Below the pieces are notes generated by a model. It was not told where the DNA came from. It made no database searches and worked only from the letters and a program-made list of their open reading frames with translations. Positions 1 to 9,544 of a DNA stretch of 41,847 nt are shown one piece after another. Every line of letters begins with the position of its first letter. Positions within the stretch are counted from its first letter, which is position 1. The stretch lies in contig WELA01002904.1 of NCBI GenBank assembly GCA_009602735.1, forward strand, positions 1-41,847, in the 5' to 3' direction. Both the position numbers and the translations under genes were made by a program. The DNA comes from Mesotaenium endlicherianum (lineage: Eukaryota).

Positions 1-540
1 GAGGAGGATGAGGAGGATGAGGAAGAAGAACAAGGCAGAGGAGAAGCATCAGCAGCAGGTACTCAGGATACCCAAGGAGAGGCAGTGGCACTTCCTAAAG
101 AACCACGATCAGGTGTTTGGAATGTGATCCCCGTTATGGCGACAACTAGACCCCGCGCTCGCTCCCCCAGTCCACCTGCCCAAGCAGGGGAAGAAGCTGA
201 TCTGACTGTACTGGGCAGCAGACACAGACAGAAATCCCCAGAGGACAGGGGTGCCAGAAGAGGGACACGCGGGTGGGCCAGAGGTATGCCAGCCTCCCCC
301 TCCGCTCAGGGGCATGTACCTCTAGCCAATGTATTTCAGCATCCTACTGGAATGCCTGTCTATGTGGGAATCAACACCCAAGTGGTTGAAGAGCAGGCCA
401 CCATCCTCCGTTCTCCTCGAGGGCCAACTTTAGAGCAAACAGGGTTCTTTAGAAGGCCAGCTGACAGACCTAGAGGGCTGTCCAGATCTAGGTCCAGATC
501 TCCGTCTCCTGACCCTGAAGCCCCAGGAACAACCCCTTAA
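1..540 (+). CDS. 3' part of family-A accessory ORF3 (copy A1; runs off the window start)
   Basis: Nearly identical to 10682-11221; acidic run, then ...SRSRSRSPSPDPEAPGTTP stop. Confidence 0.85.
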   Translation, partial: EEDEEDEEEEQGRGEASAAGTQDTQGEAVALPKEPRSGVWNVIPVMATTRPRARSPSPPAQAGEEADLTVLGSRHRQKSPEDRGARRGTRGWARGMPASPSAQGHVPLANVFQHPTGMPVYVGINTQVVEEQATILRSPRGPTLEQTGFFRRPADRPRGLSRSRSRSPSPDPEAPGTTP

Positions 541-640
541 GGTGACACGCTGAAGAGGCAGTCAGTAAGGGAGGCTGGTCAGGTTCAGTTCCCTTATTTA
601 AAATTTCTGCAGTTTAATGTTGTCGAGGCGACAACAAGTT

Positions 641-653
641 AAGTTGGAGGGAT
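641..653 (+). promoter_or_regulatory. Polypurine tract of A1
   Basis: AAGTTGGAGGGAT directly abuts the LTR start TGTAATG. Confidence 0.8.
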
Positions 654-1392
654 TGTAATGAATCAGTATATTAGTGGATATAATATTCATTTAAATATAA
701 TAGTTAATNTATAATATTCATTTAAATATAATAGTTAATCAAGTTCAGCCTGTTGAACTTTTGTCTGCTGGACTTTACATAATTATCAGTTTAATGATTC
801 AGCCGGAAGCAGCAGGCTGAAGTCCATATAAGTCAGCTTGCTGACCCATTCTTTGACAGCCAGCTGACTTCCGTACTCGGTAGCAGCGAACTGCCTGGAC
901 ATACCCCTAAGTACGATATGCTAGATGAATGGCCAGATGACATCCCTATGATGGATGGCAATTCGGGATGATGGGAGATGGCGGTGGATTTGGTTAACCG
1001 AGGTCCTACCAACGTGGTTATCTCCCGGGTAGGCGGTGCCATCGCACTGACCGTTGAACAGTAAACTCATTCCATGTACATATGCTAGGCATTGCTCTCG
1101 AGTTCCGCATTTGGAAACGAGGCCAACTCTCTTGTACAGCTTACTGAGAGAGATCTGAATCCAAGGCGAGAAACCATTGATACGCACTGTCTTCTAACCT
1201 TGCTTATGTTTGAATTTACTGGTTTGCATCATTGATGCTAGTTTACTCGCATTTGACTTACGAGTATTATTCCCTGCTAGTGTATTGTCCTTTGCCGTTT
1301 AACCAGTTAACGGAAATACCATAAAGATTACTTGCTGATATAAAGATCTTTATTAATTATTAATCGCCTATTTGGTAAGTCGATTCATTTCA
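654..1392 (+). repeat. Family-A LTR (3' LTR of A1)
   Basis: TGTAATGAATC...GATTCATTTCA with inverted termini; copies at 11335, 31178, 35860 and 40728. Confidence 0.92.
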
Positions 1393-1399
1393 GGAATGA

Positions 1400-2141
1400 T
1401 GTAAGGTCATAGCTTTATAAAGTGCATTTATGAGTTTCATGAAAGTGTGTTTTGTTAGGATAGTAGTATAGAGTGCATTTTTTGGTCATTTTGATATAAA
1501 GTTCATCAAATTCGGTCAAGTATTGAGAGAGTTATGGATTTCCGAAGTTTAATTAGTTTTGAGGTCGGTTGACGACTGTCCTTACTTCGCGGTGAGCGCG
1601 ACCGTTGGATTGACCGACAGCGTCGAGCGATCTGGCCCGTTACAATGAACTCGAACCTTCACGTAAGTTTGGCTGACGCGGAGTGCCGACTAGGTCGATT
1701 TACCTAGAAGTTTCGGTTTAGCCTAGCGCGTCTAAGATAGATTATTCTAGTAATGTCGATGCATGTATGTGGCCTCAATTCGGCCCGACACGTCGAATTA
1801 GACTGATCTGGCTTACTCACGAATATTCTGGAAGGGACGATTCGACGAACACTGAGGAAAATCCGTATCTTCCTCCTAGAGAGGAGCACTTAGGCAGAAT
1901 ACTATAAATAGGCATTACTTCTTTGTTTCTTATCAGTTTTCACTTCTGTAAATTTCTACGAGTTTATAATGACCAGGCCTTTCATCCTACATCATTTGTG
2001 AGCAGTTTCTTGCTACTCAAAATGCTGAGTATTTTTCCTAAGCTTTGTTAATGATATGCCGCTGCACTCTCTAGTATGAATGCAACTAGTTCCTTTCCTC
2101 GTGAGTCACTACGCTTCCACTAGGGCACTCTGCCCCTTTCA
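1400..2141 (+). repeat. Family-B LTR, isolated
   Basis: TGTAAGGTCATAG...CCCCTTTCA; reverse-complement copies at 12743-13487 and 33522-34260; no matching TSD, PBS or PPT. Confidence 0.85.
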
Positions 2142-2785
2142 TTAACTATTATATATAAATGAACATCATATCTACCCAATATACAAATTCATTATAATTC
2201 CTCCAACTTAAATTGTTGTCGACTCGACTCGACAATACCTATTATCTATCTGACTACAACGAGTAACACACATACTGGCTCTAAAACAAAGACATCAGCA
2301 GACTAAGTACCGGGGGCTCTATCTTCTGGGGAGCGAGACCTGGAATCGAATCTCCTTCTCCTGTCTGATGGTCTTCTGAAACCCGGGGGCTCAGACCAGG
2401 GGGAACCGAGGGGAGAATGTAGCAACTGGGCAGTTTGCTTTTGCACTGTTTGCAAGTTGATAGAAACAGCTCTTTCCTGTGCAGCTCGCAAACTGACAGG
2501 AACATACAGTGGCATGCCAGAGGGGTGCTGCATGACATGGGCTAAGGGCGCATGCCCTCTATGAGAGGGGGATGCTGGCTGCCCTCTGGTTGCCTCCTTG
2601 GCAGCCCGCCTGCCTGGCCTGTCTGACTGAGTCTCACTTTCTGGGGTGGGACTCCTCCTGCTGAAACTCCCCAGCCACTGGAGATCTGGATCTCTTGGGG
2701 GGCTGGTATCCCCCAGTTGCTGCAAGGATGCCTGTGCCAAGGACCTTCCAGTCTGCTATAAAGTGGAGGATGTAGCAGGGATCTG
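2142..2785 (-). mobile_element. 3' fragment of a diverged A-subfamily (A') element: ORF3 C-terminus, PPT (~2197-2210) and first ~55 bp of the LTR
   Basis: ORF 2303-2740 aligns to the ORF3 C-terminus (RGQPASPSHRGHAPLAHVMQHPSGMPLYV); the same 3' UTR occurs at 34261-34433. Confidence 0.75.
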
Positions 2786-2945
2786 TTATTGAATATTATG
2801 AATATTATATCTACTAATATACTGATTCATTACAATCCCTCCAACTTAACTTGTTGTCGCCTCGACAACATTAAACTGCAGAAGTCATAAATAAGGGACT
2901 GAACCCGACTAGCCTCCCCCACTGACTGCCTTTTCAGCCTGTCAC

Positions 2946-3864
2946 CTAGGGAGTTGTTACTGGGGCTTCAGGATCAAGAGACTGAGATCGGACCTAGATC
3001 TGGACAGCCCTCTAGGTCTGTCAGCTGGCCTTCTAAAGAACCCCGTTTGTTCTAAAGTTGGACCTCGAGGAGAAGGAAGGATGGTAGCCTGCTCTTCACC
3101 CACTTAGGTGTTGATCCCCACATAGACAGGCATTCCAGTAGGATGCTGAAATACATTGGCAAGAGGTACATGTCCCTGAGCGAAGGGGGAGGCCGGCATA
3201 CCTCTGGCCACCCCGCGTATCCCTCTTCTGACACCCCTGTCCTCTGGGGATTTCTGCCTGTGTCTGCTGCCTAGTACAGTCAGATCAGCTTCTTCCCCTG
3301 CTTGGGCAGGTGGGCTGGGGGAGCGCGTGGGGGGTCCAGTTGCCTCCATGACCGGGATCACGTTCCATATACCTGATCTTGGTTTCTTAGGAAGTGCCCC
3401 TGCCTGCCCGTGGGTCTCCTAAGTACCAACTGCTGATGCTTCTCCTTTGCCTTGTTCTTCTTCCTCATCCCCCTCATCCTCCTCCTCTGAAAGAGTAGGA
3501 GTCTCGTCCACTAAGTCGTCCTGCTCCCTGGTAGACATGGAGTAGTCTACTGACCTTCCTTTCTTAGGGCGCGCTGGAGGTTGCTTGGCCTTCAGCCTGC
3601 TGATATCCATCCGGCCTGCATTCTTCGCCCATTTGACAAAGGCATGCTTTCCCTTAGAGAAGTAGTCTCTCCCCCTCCTCCTGTGCTCTTTGGTCTCTGC
3701 ATTCATATTGCTCAGGCAACCATTAAGCTTGGGGTACCCAGGGGCAATGTGAGGTGGTAGGATGAGATAGCCGTCTAGGCCATAGTGGAAGTCATCCGGT
3801 TGGGCTCGGTCACCCTCCTGCTTCTTGTTTGTGACGGTCATCCACCTCCAGTCTGTTGACTGCT
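2946..3864 (-). pseudogene. A3 ORF3, C-terminal half (premature stops)
   Basis: ORFs 3419-3841 and 3104-3361 match A2 ORF3 (QPDDFHYGLDGYLILPPH; GHVPLANVFQHPTG). Confidence 0.85.
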
Positions 3865-3980
3865 TGTGTATTGTCCTTTGCCATTAAACCGGTTAACGGA
3901 AAATACCTTAAAGATTACTTGCTGATATAAAGATCTTTATTAATTGTTAATCGCCTATTTGGTAAGTCGATTCATTTCAG

Positions 3981-3992
3981 TGGTATCGGAGC
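3981..3992 (+). promoter_or_regulatory. Primer-binding site, tRNA-iMet type
   Basis: TGGTATCGGAGC 1 nt after the LTR end CA. Confidence 0.88.
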
Positions 3993-4013
3993 AGTTATCA
4001 CAGTCTTCTTTGC

Positions 4014-5492
4014 ATGGTAAGGACAAGGTCTCAAACTAGCAACTCCCGAGACTTGGAGAACCAGGATAACGAGAATGTCGAAAACCAGGCGGAAAGCCAT
4101 GTAGCGGGAAACCGTACCTTTTCTGAAGCAGTAGCAGATACTGCAGCTAGAGAGGCTGCAGATGAGGCAGCTGCTATTGCCGCAGTCGCAGCACTGCAAG
4201 CTGAGGAGGAGAGAGCCAGGCTAGAAGCTGAACCATTAGCAAAGGCCGCTGAAGATACAGAAAGGAGGGAAAGACAGCCAGCTGACGAGCGCACTGTCGA
4301 GGAACTTATGGCATCAAGGGCCAATGTTCTGAACCCACCTCCTGCTGTACAACTCAATGTACCCCTAGGTCAAATACGTGACCGGCTGAATGCGGCAGGA
4401 ATTGCTGCTGCAGGAGCAAGAGGGATTGTTGAGGACACTACTCAGCGAGTAGATGCCAATGCTGCTGCTGCATTTGCTAATCTACCACCCCAAAATGTAG
4501 ACTTGGGAGCATTGTTCGTTCAGATGCAGTCGCAAATGGCGACCATGTATCAGTCCCAGCAGGAGGACAAAAGAATCATAATGTCCCTACTCCGGGACAG
4601 AGACCAACTGGGGTCTCACACCACTAGTGGTGGTGGCCGAGGGCCTAGTAAGCCCAAGCCGAAACCTCCCCAGGACTATGATCCTGAGGGAAACAGAAAA
4701 TATTACCTGATCAAGTTTCTCGCGGATGTTGAGCAGTGGCTGGAGAACTACCCAGAACTGCAAGATTACGAGAAGGTCAGGCACACCGGTGCGCTACTGA
4801 AAGGCAGTGCCGCAGACTGGTGGCTTTACTGGAAGGAAGAGCGTAAGGCTCGGCAACTCGGTGACCCTACGTGGGTAGAGTTTGTCGAGAAGTTGCATGA
4901 GAAGTTTGATGTCATCAACCAGCAGGAGAAAGCTATCTATGCGATGATCTCCCTGACACTGAAGCAGACCACTTCAGTTGCTGAGTTTGCTCAAAAGTTC
5001 CAAGAGAACATGATGAAGCAGCCTGATTTGCCAGAACGGTATAGGATAGCATACTTCAGGTATGGCTTGAAATCCGAGGTCTCTGGTCATTTTGCTGAGA
5101 AAAAGTATGAGAAACTGGCTGACTTGATCCAGGATGCTGACGCCTGGGATCAGCAGCAGTTCAATCACAAGCGCCAGAGTAACGCTTTGGTGTCTAAGAT
5201 TGTCAAAAAGCCCCACGGTTCCTACAATGCAGTTGAAGGAGACCAGGCTGAGGATAATCAGGGTGATGAATATGAGTATGAGTACAATGCTATTCAGTCT
5301 AGAGGTAGAGGTGGTCCCTCTCGAGGTGGCTATGGAAGGGGTGGTGGTAGGACTAAGCCGAGACCAGCCTCAGCAAAATCTACTTGCTACCATTGTCAGC
5401 AGAAAGGCCACTACAGAGAACAGTGTCCGGTCAAGCACCTGCCTAAGGTCGAGAGAAAAGACCAGCCTTTAAAAGACAGCAACAGTCAGTAA
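4014..5492 (+). CDS. gag: Gag (A2)
   Basis: Retrotransposon gag core ([10 protein letters not shown]...[14 protein letters not shown]), RGG stretch, zinc knuckle [14 protein letters not shown]. Confidence 0.93.
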   Translation: MVRTRSQTSNSRDLENQDNENVENQAESHVAGNRTFSEAVADTAAREAADEAAAIAAVAALQAEEERARLEAEPLAKAAEDTERRERQPADERTVEELMASRANVLNPPPAVQLNVPLGQIRDRLNAAGIAAAGARGIVEDTTQRVDANAAAAFANLPPQNVDLGALFVQMQSQMATMYQSQQEDKRIIMSLLRDRDQLGSHTTSGGGRGPSKPKPKPPQDYDPEGNRKYYLIKFLADVEQWLENYPELQDYEKVRHTGALLKGSAADWWLYWKEERKARQLGDPTWVEFVEKLHEKFDVINQQEKAIYAMISLTLKQTTSVAEFAQKFQENMMKQPDLPERYRIAYFRYGLKSEVSGHFAEKKYEKLADLIQDADAWDQQQFNHKRQSNALVSKIVKKPHGSYNAVEGDQAEDNQGDEYEYEYNAIQSRGRGGPSRGGYGRGGGRTKPRPASAKSTCYHCQQKGHYREQCPVKHLPKVERKDQPLKDSNSQ

Positions 5493-5509
5493 TCCAGTCT
5501 ACTGACTGT
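5468..5509 (+). promoter_or_regulatory. -1 ribosomal frameshift signal (A2)
   Basis: T TTA AAA in the gag frame, 7-nt spacer, 10-bp stem ACAGTCAGTA/TACTGACTGT; the -1 frame is open into pol. Confidence 0.75.
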
Positions 5510-8500
5510 GAGGATGCTAGAGATAGTGAGTCGTCACTAGCTGCCCTCGTAGCAGGTATTATGGGTCCTGCTGAACTGGATTCACTATGCATGCCTGACA
5601 ACCAGATAAAGGAGACCATCAGCAATATAGACGTCCAGAGAGTGCACACTCTGGATGCTCTTGTTCCACCTGATGTCCAACATTTCTTTGCTACGTCAGG
5701 AGAACAATGCGAAAGTCAGGAAAAGACAGTCCCCCCTATCCTACTGCATTGCATGATTGCAGGTAGGAAGGTGAGGGCATTTGTTGACGGAGGGGCGTCA
5801 CATACTTTTATCCACAAGGACTTAGTTAAGCGGCTAAGGCTGCCTACTGTCACCCAAGGGAATAGAAAAATATTCCTTGGAGATGCCTCAAGTATCCCGG
5901 GAGGAGTTATAACCAAGCCTATTGAGGTCCAGTTAGGTTCTGGCATTGCAGTTCTAACTGAAACGCTTACATTTGAGGTACTCAACACTGGCTTTTATGA
6001 TCTCGTGCTAGGCAGGTCCTGGCTTAATAGACATCAAGCTGAAGTGTGTTGGAGCAGAGGTACAGTTAAAGTGAGAGGAGCCAGTGATGGGCAGACTGAC
6101 TTGGCACCCACCAGTGCTCTTCCTCTTGTCCTGTGTGGATGGCAAATGAAGGAAAAGAAGAGGCTTCCAGAAGGATGCAAGTTGCTGAATGCAATGGAGT
6201 TCGTCAAAAGCTGGAACCAGAAGGAAGACAGAATGTTCTGTCTGCTGCTAAGAGAGGTACCTCCTCAACCTGAAGAAGTGGTTGAGAAAAAGGTACACCC
6301 TCCGGAACACCCTACTGCTGCAAACATTGTTGCTCAGTACACGGATGTGTTTAATATGCCTCCAGGACTACCCCCTAAGCGGGAAGTAGATCATAGGATT
6401 GATTTATTACCTGGTAGCCAGCCACCCTGGCAACGCACGTATGGCTTGTCTTATTTGGAGAGTGAGGAGTTGAAAACACAGATTGCAGAGCTGGAGGAAA
6501 ATGGTTACATTTCTCCCAGTAAATCACCGTACGGCGCACCTATCCTATTTGTTAAGAAAAAGGATGGCAGTATGCGGATGTGTGTGGATTACAGAGCCCT
6601 GAACAGAATTACAGTAAAGAACAAGTATGCTTTACCCAGAATCGAGGACTTGCTTGATACCCTGTCTGGCGCTAAGGTGTTCAGTAAGATAGATCTCAAG
6701 AGTGGTTATCATCAAATCAGAATTGCTGAGGGGGATGAACACAAGACTGCTTTCCGCACACGTTATGGACACTATGAGTTCAACGTGATGCCATTTGGAC
6801 TGACTAATGCTCCTGCTACCTTTATGGGTGCTATGAATGACATTTTCAGACCTTATTTGGATAAGTTTGTGCAAGTTTTCCTGGATGATATTTTAATTTT
6901 CTCTAAAGATGAAGCTCAGCACACTGAACACTTAAAGAAAGTGCTGGACACTCTGCGGAAAAATCACTTGTATGCTAAAATGAGCAAGTGTGATTTCTTT
7001 AAGGAAAGTATTGAATTCTTAGGCCACGTTGTCAGTAAAGAGGGCATCAGTGTGGATCCTAAGAAAGTCCAGACCATAAGGGACTGGCCAGTACCACAGT
7101 CTGTCTCTGAAGTTAGATCCTTCCTCGGGTTGGCTAACTACTATAGGAGATTTATTGAGAATTATTCCACAAAGGCCAGTAAACTGACTGACCTTACTAA
7201 GAAAGACATCGGGTATGTGTGGGGGGAAGAGCAGCAGGCTGCCTTCCAGACCCTTAAAGATGCCCTTTGTTCTGCCCCAGTGCTAGCCGTGTATGACCCC
7301 AGCAAACCGGTGCAGGTGGTTACTGATGCCTCTGATTTTGCCATGGGTGCTATTTTGTTGCAGCCTGCTGACAAAACCACAAAGGATGGTAAGGTACGGC
7401 AGGAGTGGCATCCTGTGTTGTATGAGTCTATGAAATTTAATCCAGCGGAGATTAATTACTCAGTGCATGATAAAGAGCTGCTAGCTATCATTCATGTACT
7501 CAAACAGTGGAGAGCATACTTACATGGTAAAGCTTTTAAGGTGATTACAGATCATCTAGCTCTGACCCACTTTCAGAAGAAGTCCAAGCTGTCGAGGAGG
7601 GAGAACCGCTGGAGCCAGATGCTGGAGCAGTTCCAAGTCCAGATCGACTACAAACCAGGGAAGTTGAATCCTGCTGATGCACTCTCTAGAAGACCTGACT
7701 TGCAAGAAAGGAACTTTAGTCAGCATGCTGTAGATAAAGTCCTGTGTGCACTCACTTCACTAAAGGTGAAAAAGTCCTTCCTTGAACAACTTAGGAAAGC
7801 CTACCTTTCTGACCCAACATTTGAGCCCAGCCCCACTACTGGTATGTGTCGTGCTACCGCACTCGGGTATAAGCTCAAGGGAGGGGTCTGGGTGACTGAA
7901 ACCACTTCAGGCAGGCTGAAGCTGGTCATTCCTAATAATTTGGAAATAAGGTCTCTCTTACTGAGTCAAGCTCATGACAGTCTCCTGGGTGGACATTTGG
8001 GGCAGGCCAAAACTGTTGGCAAACTGGCAAAACATTATCATTGGGAGGGGTTACCCCGGGAGGTCTTGAAATATGTCAAGTCCTGTGACCAGTGTCAGAG
8101 AAATAAGTCTCGGCACACACCACCCGGAGGTCTCTTGCAACCGCTACCCATCCCAGCGGGACGCTGGGAAACTATATCCATGGACTGGGTGGTCTCACTA
8201 CCAAGAACTGCCAACGGGCATGATTCAATACTGGTAGTCGTGGATAAACTGACAAAAATGGTCATTTTTATCCCCACAACTGTCAAAGTGACTGCACTCG
8301 AAACAGCGAGACAGTTTTACAACCATGTAGTATGCCAACATGGGCTCCCTTCTAATATCATCTCAGACAGAGACTCAAAATTCACCTCTAAGTTCTGGAG
8401 AGCTTTAATGGGGTTAATGGGAGTCAAACAGCTGCTCAGCACAGCAAACCACCCTCAGACTGATGGGCAGACTGAAAGAACTAACCGAGTTCTGCAGGAG

Positions 8501-9277
8501 GTGCTGAGAGCATATATTAACCAAAAACAAGATAATTGGGATGACCTGTTGCCTCAAATTCAGTTTGCGGTCAACAGTGCGGTGCACGCGTCAACGGGCA
8601 AAACTCCTTTTGAACTCAGCCTGGGTAGAGTCCCTAAGTCTCCTCTAGATGTGCTAGGGGAATCTTTAACTCACCCTGAAGGGATTGACAACCCGGTCTC
8701 CCTCCAGTTAACTCAGGAGTTTGCTGACACCCTGTCAGAAGTCCAACGAAACTTGCACACGGCCCAAGAAAACCAACAAAAATACGCTAATCAACACCGT
8801 CGGGAACTGACATTTTCCAAGGGGGATTTAGTCAAACTGCATTCTCAGCACCTGTACCTCCCTGGTGTGGTCAAGAAAAAGCTTGGCCCTGTCTGGGTCG
8901 GTCCATATTCGGTGGTCCGTCGTGTCGGTCAGAATGCTTACAAACTGAACATGTCAGCTGAATACAAGGGGCACCCGGTCTTTAATGTCTCCTTCCTGGA
9001 ACCGTACATCAAAGGTGATACACTGTTCACAGGTCGGTTCCCTGTCCAACCGGGACCGGTCCCCGCTGTCCGGGACGGCGACCCTGAGGAATATGAGGTC
9101 GATGAGATTTTAGACGCTCGCTCGGTCCGTCGATCGTCTAAATATGTCATGAAATACCTCATTCGATGGAAGGGTTACGATGCCTCTGGGGACACTTGGG
9201 AGTTTAAGGACCACTTGACCAATGCCAAAGGGGCGTTGACACGGTTCCACCTTCGGGCCGCTGGAGTCCCTCCATAA
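5471..9277 (+). CDS. pol: Pol (A2): protease, RT, RNase H, integrase with GPY/F motif, chromodomain; probably entered by frameshift (first ATG 5561)
   Basis: VDGGAS protease; MPFGLTNAP and FLDD RT; TDASDFA RNase [13 protein letters not shown] and SDRD..TERTNR integrase; [20 protein letters not shown] chromodomain. Confidence 0.96.
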   Translation, partial: KRQQQSVIQSTDCEDARDSESSLAALVAGIMGPAELDSLCMPDNQIKETISNIDVQRVHTLDALVPPDVQHFFATSGEQCESQEKTVPPILLHCMIAGRKVRAFVDGGASHTFIHKDLVKRLRLPTVTQGNRKIFLGDASSIPGGVITKPIEVQLGSGIAVLTETLTFEVLNTGFYDLVLGRSWLNRHQAEVCWSRGTVKVRGASDGQTDLAPTSALPLVLCGWQMKEKKRLPEGCKLLNAMEFVKSWNQKEDRMFCLLLREVPPQPEEVVEKKVHPPEHPTAANIVAQYTDVFNMPPGLPPKREVDHRIDLLPGSQPPWQRTYGLSYLESEELKTQIAELEENGYISPSKSPYGAPILFVKKKDGSMRMCVDYRALNRITVKNKYALPRIEDLLDTLSGAKVFSKIDLKSGYHQIRIAEGDEHKTAFRTRYGHYEFNVMPFGLTNAPATFMGAMNDIFRPYLDKFVQVFLDDILIFSKDEAQHTEHLKKVLDTLRKNHLYAKMSKCDFFKESIEFLGHVVSKEGISVDPKKVQTIRDWPVPQSVSEVRSFLGLANYYRRFIENYSTKASKLTDLTKKDIGYVWGEEQQAAFQTLKDALCSAPVLAVYDPSKPVQVVTDASDFAMGAILLQPADKTTKDGKVRQEWHPVLYESMKFNPAEINYSVHDKELLAIIHVLKQWRAYLHGKAFKVITDHLALTHFQKKSKLSRRENRWSQMLEQFQVQIDYKPGKLNPADALSRRPDLQERNFSQHAVDKVLCALTSLKVKKSFLEQLRKAYLSDPTFEPSPTTGMCRATALGYKLKGGVWVTETTSGRLKLVIPNNLEIRSLLLSQAHDSLLGGHLGQAKTVGKLAKHYHWEGLPREVLKYVKSCDQCQRNKSRHTPPGGLLQPLPIPAGRWETISMDWVVSLPRTANGHDSILVVVDKLTKMVIFIPTTVKVTALETARQFYNHVVCQHGLPSNIISDRDSKFTSKFWRALMGLMGVKQLLSTANHPQTDGQTERTNRVLQEVLRAYINQKQDNWDDLLPQIQFAVNSAVHASTGKTPFELSLGRVPKSPLDVLGESLTHPEGIDNPVSLQLTQEFADTLSEVQRNLHTAQENQQKYANQHRRELTFSKGDLVKLHSQHLYLPGVVKKKLGPVWVGPYSVVRRVGQNAYKLNMSAEYKGHPVFNVSFLEPYIKGDTLFTGRFPVQPGPVPAVRDGDPEEYEVDEILDARSVRRSSKYVMKYLIRWKGYDASGDTWEFKDHLTNAKGALTRFHLRAAGVPP

Positions 9278-9513
9278 CTGTCATTTCAGTTGACACGGGA
9301 AGGTGACAGGCGGTCCTGTCTCCATTTAAGTTGGAGGGGAAAATATATGACAGTTAGTGAGCGAGAGCGATAAAAACACACTCATACGTTTATGTGTAGC
9401 GCATCGCAACTACGTCAACTTTTAGCAATCATCCTGTAAGGTAAACAGCAGCGAAGCCACTATACTAAATACTAACATACTTCCTGCAATCCCTATGACA
9501 AAGGTCCATATCC

Positions 9514-9543
9514 TACTAACTTGTGCCCTGGTTACATGTGCAG
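9514..9543 (+). promoter_or_regulatory. Putative branch point and 3' splice acceptor for ORF3
   Basis: TACTAAC...TGTGCAG|G ATG; conserved in A3 at ~13513-13542 (minus). Confidence 0.65.
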
Positions 9544-9544
9544 G

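Noticed and set aside
679..740. Short direct duplication around a single n (a similar case lies at 29527-29560)
   Set aside because: Typical contig-overlap artefact at a scaffold join
921..1187. Recurring 88-aa antisense ORF in LTR A (also 31383, 36275, 40976)
   Set aside because: It has a GTG start, recurs only because the LTR is repeated, has no recognisable domain, and is broken by a stop in the A2 3' LTR
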